Source: Acidobacteriota bacterium (GTDB lineage Bacteria > Acidobacteriota > Blastocatellia > RBC074). Taken from it: 64,000 nucleotides of DNA. Of the stretch, positions 41,521 through 49,773 are shown piece after piece; positions within the stretch are counted from its first letter, which is position 1, and the number at the start of each line of letters is the position of its first letter. The position numbers were made by a program, and so were the translations under genes. The stretch spans positions 2,621-66,620 of the forward strand of contig JAFDVI010000013.1 of assembly GCA_018269055.1 (NCBI GenBank), given 5' to 3'. Under the pieces are notes generated by a model. That model was not told where the DNA came from. It saw only the letters and a program-made list of their open reading frames with translations, and ran no database searches.

Positions 41521-44500
41521 ATGTCTTTTATCACCGACACAGAACTCCGGTCGTATCTGTTGGGAAACCTGGCGGATGCGCCGCGCCAAGAAATTGAAGA
41601 TACGTTGCTCGTTAGCGACGAAGGCTCGTTGCGCTTGGAACTGGCCGAAGAAGATTTGATTGAAGATTTTCTGGACGGCCAACTCGACGCGGAACAAACC
41701 GCATTGTTCCAGAGCCAGTTTCTTTGCACTTCCGCACGCAAAGAAAAACTGGCGTATTTGCAAGCCATTCGTCAGATCGCCATTCGGCATCCGCAGCCGG
41801 AACAGGCCCCCGGCAACGTTGTCAGCTTTCCCGCGCCGGAAACGCGGCGGGGGATTTTCGTGGGTATGAATCGTTCAAGTTACTTAAAACTTGCGGCGGC
41901 AATTTTGCTTCTCAGCAGCGCGGGATTTTTGGTTTGGCGGTATGCGTTTCGTTCACCGGAAAGCGCTTCGCTCGTGGCCCTCAACCGAGCGTATGCGGGT
42001 GGACGAACGCTCGAAACGCGCATTGGCGGGTTCGATTACGCGCCTTATGCACCCACGCGCGGCGCGGACGAGGCGGACGCCAATGCGCGCATCCTGCGCG
42101 AACGCGCCGAACGCATTGTGCTGGATGCATATGCCGAACATCCGACTGCAGCCAATCGGCACGCGCTGGGAAAATACTATCTGGCAGATAAGCAGTTCGA
42201 TAAAGCCATTGAACAATTCAACGCTGCGCTCAAAGAAACTCCAACCGTGGCCGAATTGCACAACGATCTGGGCGCAGCTTTACTGGAAAAATCCAAATAC
42301 GAAAAGCGTAATGACCAGCCCGGCGACAGCTTGCAACACATGGCCGCAAGTCTGGAATCCATTGAACAAGCCCTGAAGCTGCAACCAAATTATCCAGCCG
42401 CAGTGTTCAATCGCGCGCTCTGTTTGCAGGAAATGTACCTGCCGCGCCAGGCCATTGAAGAGTGGAAAAAGTATCTACAACTCGACAACAACTCGAAATG
42501 GGCAGACGAAGCGCGCCGCCGATTGGCGGAACTCGAAAAAGCGCCGTCGAACATCTCAAAAAGTGATGATGAACTTTACCAGGAATACCTGAAAGACCCA
42601 GGGAACGAAGAACGCACCTTCGATCTGTTTTGCCAAGCCTATTCCACCACCGGCAACGGCATTACCGAACGGTTGATTGACGATTATCTGGCTGCTCAAA
42701 GCCACGGAGATGCCGCCGCAACCGACAAGCTGAATCTGCTGGAACAACTCGGCAAACTGATTTACCAGCGCACGACGGATTCTTACGTCCGCGATGTGGC
42801 GCGGTATTACCGGCAGTTACCTCCGCGTTTGTTACCCAAGCTCATCGAAGCTCGCCAGCATTTGAACCGGGGGCGCGACCTCAGATCAACTTCGCAATCC
42901 CAAGCGGCGTCGAATTACGAACAAGCTATCTCCCTGTTCCGCCAAGCCCAGGATTCGTGCGAAGTGAAAATGACTACCTGCTTGCTCGCCCGTTCGCATT
43001 TGCGGCAATCGAACCTGGATAAGAGCCAAGAATTGTTTGCTCCATTGGCGGGCGCGGGAAATCCCTATCTTTGGTTGCGGTGTGAAAGTTTGAATGGCCT
43101 GGGAGAACTGTTTAAGGTCAAAGCTCTGTCAGAGGAGGCGATTCGCGCAAATCAATCCGCACTTTCCATTGCTCAGCAAATTGGCAACACGAACCAGAGG
43201 GCCACAAACTTATATTCCCTGGCTGTAAAATACTTTGAGCTCGGCAATTTTGAGCGATCATTTGTTTATCAACAACAAGCCATCGAGACGGTTAGTCAAA
43301 ATGCAGCGAGCCATCAACAACACTGGGCAACCAATGCTCAAGCGGCGTTCCAATTATTTTCGAATGGGTTTTACGCAGCGGCTCTTGCCTATCAACAAGA
43401 AGCCTTAGCGATTGAGTTGACTACAAAACGCCAACTCCAGCTTTCACGCACTTTCAGCCACTTGGGCGTAATGCTAGGGAAAGTAATGCGCTTTGCTGAG
43501 GCAATCCCGGTGGCCCAAGAAGCAGTCAATATCGGGATTCGTCTGGGGAATGAAAGATTGGGAATTGAAATCCAGGCTTATAGCGGTTTGTTTCTTGCCG
43601 ATTTGCAACGTGAATCCGGGAACCAATTGGCAGCGTTCCAAAGCTATGAACGGGTGCTCAGCCTGAACAATCAACTGGGTATTCTCAGGTATGACTTTGA
43701 AGCTTACCGAGGTAAAGCCCTGGCAGAAATTGCTTTGGGATGGACCGAACAAGCAAAACGAGATTTAGCCACGGCACTGGCTATCTTTGAACAGAACCGC
43801 AATCAAATCGTGGCTGATAACGAACGTACGACCTATCTTGATAAGGAATACGAGACTTATGACGCCGCGATCAGTTTGGCTTATGCCGAAAATCCGCAAG
43901 CGGCTTTTGATTTGTCGGAACGAGGTCGTGCCCTTACTTTGCTTGAGGTCATGAAGGGCGGGCAGGGTGTAAATGCCAACAGAGCCGAAAAAGAATTCAT
44001 ATCCTTGAATCGCACCCAAAAGACCTCTCTACAGATGGTGCAGCAGCGAATCCCTCCGGGGACGAGTTTGCTGGAGTTCACCTGCTTGTCTGATCGTCTA
44101 ATTGTTTTTGGAGTTTCGGCAACCAATTTTACCCACAACCAGAATCTGATTTCGCTGTCCCAGCTTGAACAGAAAGTACAGGCTTTCAGGCGTGCAGTGT
44201 CGGACGCTTCCACAGGTGATGACCAGACCAAGATCCTCGCCGCTGAGCTATATCAAATTTTGATCGAACCGCTCGAACCCTTTTTATCCGACGAACAAAC
44301 TGTTTGTGTGGTTCCGGACAAAATCTTGCATTATTTGCCCTTTGCTGCGCTTTTTTCCGCTCGGCAGCAAAAATATCTGATTGAAACCCGCGCGCTTGTT
44401 ACGGCACCCAGCGCCTCAGTTTTCTTACTCTGTCTTGAACATGCTCGGCAACAAGGGATAGGCAAAAACGGCCAGGTGTTGGCGGTAGGAAATCCGCAGT

Positions 44501-45099
44501 TTGATCCGATTGCCTATCCGCAGTTGTCTGATCTATCAGCCGCAACCGATGAAGCAAATGAAGTTGCCGCCAAATACATCCACCGCAAAGTACTTACCGC
44601 TGAACAAGCCACTGAAGAGGCGGTAAAATCGGCAATCAAACGGGCCTCAATTATTCACTTGGCCACCCACGGCGTGATTGACGAGCGATCGTGGGCGAAT
44701 TCCAGATTGGTGTTGGCCAAGTCTTCTGCAGAAAACGGGGAAGACGGTGCGCTGCGCGCCTACGAAATTGCCCAAATGCGATTGCCAAATGCCCGGCTGG
44801 TTGTGCTATCGGCCTGCCAGTCGGGTGTGGAACGCGTTTATCGGGGCGAAGGCATGATCGGATTAGGCCGAGCCTTTCTCAGCGCGGGCGCGACCAGCGT
44901 CGTCGCCAGTTTTTGGGCCGTAGATTCAGACGTTTCGGCGGTTTTGATGACCGATTTTCACAAACAACTAAAGGCGTATTCCGTGTCTCAGGCGTTGAGG
45001 CACGCGCAATTGAACATGCTGCATAGCGCTAACGTTCAGCATCGTAATCCATATTACTGGGCGGCCTTCAGCGTTTTTGGCGGGGACGTGTTGCTGTAA
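41521..45099 (+). CDS. Anti-sigma-like N-terminus, TM, TPR array, CHAT (caspase-like) domain fusion
   Basis: LRSYLLG.L..EIED.L...EEDLIEDFLDG.L anti-sigma-like segment; TM LAAAILLLSSAGFLVW; TPRs; CHAT with VPDKILHYLPFAAL, IHLATHG, VLSACQSG, AFLSAGA..VVASFW.V.S, PYYWAAF. Confidence 0.92.
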   Translation: MSFITDTELRSYLLGNLADAPRQEIEDTLLVSDEGSLRLELAEEDLIEDFLDGQLDAEQTALFQSQFLCTSARKEKLAYLQAIRQIAIRHPQPEQAPGNVVSFPAPETRRGIFVGMNRSSYLKLAAAILLLSSAGFLVWRYAFRSPESASLVALNRAYAGGRTLETRIGGFDYAPYAPTRGADEADANARILRERAERIVLDAYAEHPTAANRHALGKYYLADKQFDKAIEQFNAALKETPTVAELHNDLGAALLEKSKYEKRNDQPGDSLQHMAASLESIEQALKLQPNYPAAVFNRALCLQEMYLPRQAIEEWKKYLQLDNNSKWADEARRRLAELEKAPSNISKSDDELYQEYLKDPGNEERTFDLFCQAYSTTGNGITERLIDDYLAAQSHGDAAATDKLNLLEQLGKLIYQRTTDSYVRDVARYYRQLPPRLLPKLIEARQHLNRGRDLRSTSQSQAASNYEQAISLFRQAQDSCEVKMTTCLLARSHLRQSNLDKSQELFAPLAGAGNPYLWLRCESLNGLGELFKVKALSEEAIRANQSALSIAQQIGNTNQRATNLYSLAVKYFELGNFERSFVYQQQAIETVSQNAASHQQHWATNAQAAFQLFSNGFYAAALAYQQEALAIELTTKRQLQLSRTFSHLGVMLGKVMRFAEAIPVAQEAVNIGIRLGNERLGIEIQAYSGLFLADLQRESGNQLAAFQSYERVLSLNNQLGILRYDFEAYRGKALAEIALGWTEQAKRDLATALAIFEQNRNQIVADNERTTYLDKEYETYDAAISLAYAENPQAAFDLSERGRALTLLEVMKGGQGVNANRAEKEFISLNRTQKTSLQMVQQRIPPGTSLLEFTCLSDRLIVFGVSATNFTHNQNLISLSQLEQKVQAFRRAVSDASTGDDQTKILAAELYQILIEPLEPFLSDEQTVCVVPDKILHYLPFAALFSARQQKYLIETRALVTAPSASVFLLCLEHARQQGIGKNGQVLAVGNPQFDPIAYPQLSDLSAATDEANEVAAKYIHRKVLTAEQATEEAVKSAIKRASIIHLATHGVIDERSWANSRLVLAKSSAENGEDGALRAYEIAQMRLPNARLVVLSACQSGVERVYRGEGMIGLGRAFLSAGATSVVASFWAVDSDVSAVLMTDFHKQLKAYSVSQALRHAQLNMLHSANVQHRNPYYWAAFSVFGGDVLL

Positions 45100-45116
45100 A
45101 ATATTTAGGAAGCAAA

Positions 45117-46118
45117 ATGAAGAACATCACAAACCAAATACCAAGTGAAAATGTCAAAGCTAAGGTTATCGTAGAAGGACTTTTTGTATTTTGTATCAAT
45201 GAAGAAGCAAAGCAGGCCGAATTTGGAGTGTACGATTTTGCCGACGATCACGAGTTTTCAATTAAAATATCAAAGAAACCTTTTGATATTACGGCAGACC
45301 CAATTAGAGAAATTATTGAGCTAACTTCCGATCCAATAATCGCTTATTTGAATAACCTTTCAATTGGGATAAAAGGGCGCGCATCAGATGTCCAGATTTA
45401 CCAAAACGAGAATCTCGAAGAAAGTTACTTTTTCATTAAAGCTAGGGAGGAAGAAATAGAAACCGAGGATGAAAATGGTAACTCAACCGGTTATGAGAAG
45501 GATTTTCGCTGGGTGCTTGATCTCGAAAGTAGTCGCTTCCACAATGAAAGACTCAATATAGTGCCTGGTATGTTAGAGCGAAAAATTATCATCAGCAACG
45601 GAGTCATTTCCACGCACGATACTGGGGGAAGGATTGTAAAGAATACATTCCCAAGCATAGCCAAGCAAAAACCTCCTCTGGATAGCTGCTACGTTAGCTA
45701 TCAGCTAGCAATTGATTTGATTGCTGATCCGCTAGAGGAGTCAATTGTAATTTCATATAGAGACCAAAATGCTACTCGGCGAAATGAGATATGTCTAGTT
45801 CCATCTGACGAGTATTATTATGAAATAAAACTGGATAATAACTGCAAGCGAGCTAAGCCCAACGCACGATTCAGCGATTTTCAGCATTATTACAATGTTT
45901 TTGCGAATGTTACCGCAGATAACAGATTCGATTTTGAAAAATTTGATGGTAGCGGTACAAAATCAATTCCTTGCGATCTTGTCTTTCTTGGGCAACACCA
46001 GAGTCTAGACGAAATCAAGGAGGGCCTTGTAGAGATGAGCGATCAGGCTATAACTGTTACTGAGGCAAACGATTCTTCTCCTACGTTACAGCTTGAATGT
46101 CAAAAAGAAGTTCATTGA
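45117..46118 (+). CDS. Hypothetical protein (333 aa), CHAT-associated, AT-rich
   Basis: Long ORF 17 nt after the CHAT stop with AGGAAG RBS; beta-rich; no signal peptide; no named family recognised. Confidence 0.8.
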   Translation: MKNITNQIPSENVKAKVIVEGLFVFCINEEAKQAEFGVYDFADDHEFSIKISKKPFDITADPIREIIELTSDPIIAYLNNLSIGIKGRASDVQIYQNENLEESYFFIKAREEEIETEDENGNSTGYEKDFRWVLDLESSRFHNERLNIVPGMLERKIIISNGVISTHDTGGRIVKNTFPSIAKQKPPLDSCYVSYQLAIDLIADPLEESIVISYRDQNATRRNEICLVPSDEYYYEIKLDNNCKRAKPNARFSDFQHYYNVFANVTADNRFDFEKFDGSGTKSIPCDLVFLGQHQSLDEIKEGLVEMSDQAITVTEANDSSPTLQLECQKEVH

Positions 46119-46211
46119 AGCTGAATCATTCGAATAATTCGAGATTTTCCGTATAGGTTGCCAATAACTGGCTGAAACATTTACCTGTTTTTGAACTAAC
46201 TGCGAGGGAAT

Positions 46212-47612
46212 ATGGATAAAGTTTACTATCACAGACAAAACAAAGAAGAAGATTGTGGCCCAGCTTCGGTTCAGATTGTGTTAAATTACTTGGATGACAA
46301 TTTGCCAGCAGTTGGTAAATTTGACCAACAAAGCAAACTGAAAAGTAATGCGAATCTTTCATCTCATAACGCGCCTTGGGATTGGAATAGGTATAATAAC
46401 TGGAAATGGCAACCTGACGAAATTCGGGGGATGCTGGCTAAATATCTTAATTCATCGGCGAGTGCTGAAATATACCCTACAATCTCCGCTTCGGGTAAGG
46501 TGTATAGTGTTGATCCAATTACTGGTAAATCTGGTTATAAAAGTAAATTATCCGATCATTTGAATCAGTCAAAATATCCAATCGTTCCGATACATGGCAC
46601 TTTTCACTACAATGACAAGCTCGTTCCGCCGTCCATATACTCTGATATCGTTGAGAATCTTTTATTGAATAACGATGGAAAAATTGAAGACTCTAAATAT
46701 ATTGGGCACTGGATTGTGCTGACTGAAAATCAAAATGATAGCTTTATCGGCTTCGACCCTTGGCTGCCTAAATTGTTGGGTGCCCCTGAAATAAGTTCAA
46801 CTCATACAAAGAGCGTTGCTGGCAAAGGAGGAACGGATTGTGCGTGCTTTGAAGTTTATATCCACGTTAGCGGAGACAAAGATGCCTTAGGTCTAAATTT
46901 TCCAGCAGAGTCTCGTGTGGCGATCGTATGGAATGTGTCGAATTCGACAGGACGGCGCGTGCCTCCAACCAAGACAGGCAATCTCCCTCAATTTCCCCAA
47001 ACGGGTAAATGCATCAATAAGCCATTTGATGCCCAATCGCTTTTTGATCAGATGACGGCGTTTGGTCTTCGGAAACAACCCCCTTGCAACGTTTATTTGG
47101 AGAAGTCCACGATTGTTGCGCCTAATGTAAAGCCCAAGTTTAATCTTGGTATGCCAAGGCTTGTTCGTCGTTTGGATGCATTTTGTAATGATTACTACTT
47201 GGTGCCTTTTTTAAAATTGAATAGGCCTGGAGAAACTGCTCCTGGGGCAAGTACCATTTTGGCTCGTGTGGATGCTCCTTCTCTGCTTTACCTTGACGCA
47301 CTGTTCTATTCCGAAAATCCATTGCTCATTGATGAAACTACGATCCCGATGCCTCCGCCATTACCCGCCATTCTTACGCAAAAAGATATAATAAATCGAT
47401 ATGTCCCTGATCAGCTAATCAAGAAGGGAAAACGCCATTGGATAAAACCCTTTCAAGACCAGATCAAAGATATAAGTAATCCGCCAGAAATGGTTTGGCT
47501 GCCCTGCAAACAATCTATATCGCCGTTTTTCCCATTTTTTGTTATTACTGCTGGATCTGAAAAGTTTTTGGTGCGGCTCGATGGGGCAGTGTTTGAAAAG
47601 CTGAGTTATTGA
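46212..47612 (+). CDS. Papain-like C39-family cysteine peptidase with uncharacterised C-terminal domain
   Basis: Q-x5-CGPAS (HRQNKEEDCGPAS), GHWIVL, GFDPW give a Cys/His/Asp triad; GAGGG RBS; no signal peptide. Confidence 0.72.
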   Translation: MDKVYYHRQNKEEDCGPASVQIVLNYLDDNLPAVGKFDQQSKLKSNANLSSHNAPWDWNRYNNWKWQPDEIRGMLAKYLNSSASAEIYPTISASGKVYSVDPITGKSGYKSKLSDHLNQSKYPIVPIHGTFHYNDKLVPPSIYSDIVENLLLNNDGKIEDSKYIGHWIVLTENQNDSFIGFDPWLPKLLGAPEISSTHTKSVAGKGGTDCACFEVYIHVSGDKDALGLNFPAESRVAIVWNVSNSTGRRVPPTKTGNLPQFPQTGKCINKPFDAQSLFDQMTAFGLRKQPPCNVYLEKSTIVAPNVKPKFNLGMPRLVRRLDAFCNDYYLVPFLKLNRPGETAPGASTILARVDAPSLLYLDALFYSENPLLIDETTIPMPPPLPAILTQKDIINRYVPDQLIKKGKRHWIKPFQDQIKDISNPPEMVWLPCKQSISPFFPFFVITAGSEKFLVRLDGAVFEKLSY

Positions 47613-48285
47613 TTCGCTCAGCAGTCTCATCGTCCGATATGCGGAAGATCTTCGGCTTTCTACTCGTGTTGTCATTCCATTGCGGGCACTCCACAATGAT
47701 TTCGAACATAATTCGCCGTAATTTTCTCACTCGATTTCCAACACTCTTTCTTCCTGTTCTTTCCTCATCTCATTTTTTCTCAAAGTTGTTGCGTCGGTTG
47801 CCGTGATGTTTTGTCTATTGCGGACATTCCTGAATGAGCAGGAACCATCAGTGAAAATCACTGACCCAGTGTCTTGTCTGATGCAAATGAGCGGAGACTG
47901 AAGTCTGAGTGCAGGGCAATGGTTTCTGCCTCTCTGAAATCAAGATTTGCGTCCCAGCCAGATCGTTCCGTAGTAGCAAACCGCTTGTCGCAACGATTCA
48001 CCGCTGTTTCATCGGCTCTCCAAATGATTCGCCTCAGCCGTTTTTTCAATTCTCCTACAAAAAACCGTCCTTGTCCGACGTGATGTTTTGCGCATCTTGT
48101 ACATTCATCAGTGAAGGCAAATGGTGGAAATAGCCGGTGGCAAACGGAGGCGACAAAAGTTGGTTCTGATTTTCGGGTCTTGTCGCGAATGCGGGTGACG
48201 ATGGTTTGTTCGGCATCCGCCAGAGGCAGTGGAATGCCATCGGATCAAGAAAACTTCAGTCACTTTAACCTCGGAGGAAAAGAAC

Positions 48286-49554
48286 ATGCGCAAAAATGCA
48301 ATCAACTACTTTTTCGGCAAACTGCTTCCTTGCATCGCTATATTGATGTTGTTACAGGCAATTCAAGCGAAAGCAGCAGATCCGGGACAATCCTGTGATT
48401 GTTTCGATGGAACGTTTGCCACTGTCGATTGGACTGATTTGATGATCAAAGATGCAAATGGATCGGGGCAGTATCAAGTATTACAGATGTCAGCAGGAGG
48501 GAATCTAAATGAATATCGTAGAACCAGGCACGATTACGGTTATGGGGAGATTTATGTCGCTCATAAAAATACAAAGTGCACTTATGATCCCAAAATTCAA
48601 GGGGCTATTGACTCTGTAAGCTATAGATTCGATTTATTACAATTTGATCCACCGGTAGGGCAGGACGTGGCCTACCGGTTACTCGTATTTCAGGATCAGA
48701 CTTACTATGGTGGGCCATTAGAGGTCATCGGTAACCAATCCGTGTGGACAAATAAACCATCGGCGATTGTTCCTCTAAAACCGGGAGACTTTATAAAAAT
48801 AGCAGGGCCAAGCAGTACGCCATTAACACCTAATTTTACTGCTGCTGGCAAGCCCATCACATTTGGTTACCTTAGTGGTAACAACAACCCTAATCCGAGC
48901 ACGAAGTCTACTCGTATTAGCGGCCTTGATAATTGGTGCGTAAACATCGTGTCAGTGCCTCCGCCAACCGACCCTTGCTGTCCACCTTGGGATGTGAACC
49001 GTTTGAAGTCAATGATGTTCTACAAAGGCCAAGGCTCGATTTCGGCCCCCTATGTGCTTCAGTTCAAGCCGACATCTACCTTTATCAATCAGATGCAGGC
49101 ATACATCAACTACCTGAATTTCGATCCGACCATCAAACGGATCGTTATTTACTGGGACTTACGAGATCAAGGTACAGGCACCAATCCAAATCCAAATCTA
49201 AATCCCACAAAGATATTTGATCCTACCGCCGGTACCGGTCAAGGTCAGGGATACGTGAAATGGGATGCTCCGAACACCAATGGTTACGGCGTTTTGGACC
49301 CGAATTACTTTCTTCTGGAACAACCCAATGCCGTTGAATACCCAATGCAAGTGGGTACCTGGTATGTGATTCATACATACATATACCTGAACGATAAGAT
49401 CAGGTACTGGCCGGAGAAATGTGATACCAACGACATTTACGTCAGGATTCAGGTTCAGCCACAAATGCCAAGAAACTCAGGCAGCCAAACCATTCTTGAA
49501 TTCAGTGATGGTAAGAAAGTAATTCAGCGTGTTCCTATTCAGGTGCAAAACTAA
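48286..49554 (+). CDS. Secreted two-domain protein of unknown function
   Basis: GGAGG RBS, signal peptide ending AQA/AKA; domain 1 (..YDPKIQGAIDSV..PITFGY) and domain 2 (DPCCPPW..QMQAYINYL..VGTWY..C..DIYVRIQ). Confidence 0.8.
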   Translation: MRKNAINYFFGKLLPCIAILMLLQAIQAKAADPGQSCDCFDGTFATVDWTDLMIKDANGSGQYQVLQMSAGGNLNEYRRTRHDYGYGEIYVAHKNTKCTYDPKIQGAIDSVSYRFDLLQFDPPVGQDVAYRLLVFQDQTYYGGPLEVIGNQSVWTNKPSAIVPLKPGDFIKIAGPSSTPLTPNFTAAGKPITFGYLSGNNNPNPSTKSTRISGLDNWCVNIVSVPPPTDPCCPPWDVNRLKSMMFYKGQGSISAPYVLQFKPTSTFINQMQAYINYLNFDPTIKRIVIYWDLRDQGTGTNPNPNLNPTKIFDPTAGTGQGQGYVKWDAPNTNGYGVLDPNYFLLEQPNAVEYPMQVGTWYVIHTYIYLNDKIRYWPEKCDTNDIYVRIQVQPQMPRNSGSQTILEFSDGKKVIQRVPIQVQN

Positions 49555-49773
49555 ATTTGGGCCTCAGGTACTCGTGAGCTACTGTGAAGACTCATCAAAA
49601 TTGCTGAAGCACGCCGCCTGGCGAAAGGCGGCAGGAAATAAGCCGAGCTAAACCTCAGTAAATCAATCAATTGCAATCCCTTTCGTTGAGACGGCGAACT
49701 GCTGAGTTCGCTGTCTGGCGGCATTGGTTTGTTTATTGCCCGGTGAATCACCAGGGCCACTTCCGGAGAAAAA

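Noticed and set aside
45117-46118. Bacterial gasdermin as the CHAT substrate
   Set aside because: No N-terminal Cys in the first few residues and no recognisable gasdermin pattern by eye; only a structure search could reopen this.
47613-48285. Small ORFs or RiPP precursor for the C39-like peptidase
   Set aside because: Candidate ORFs (47545-47730, 47609-47806, 47874-48083) lack an RBS, double-glycine leader or coherent composition.
49555-49773. c-di-GMP or other riboswitch ahead of the 1661-aa gene (hairpins GCCGCC..GGCGGC and AGACGGCGAACT..AGTTCGCTGTCT)
   Set aside because: Hairpins are present but the conserved GEMM-I/II nucleotides were not found.
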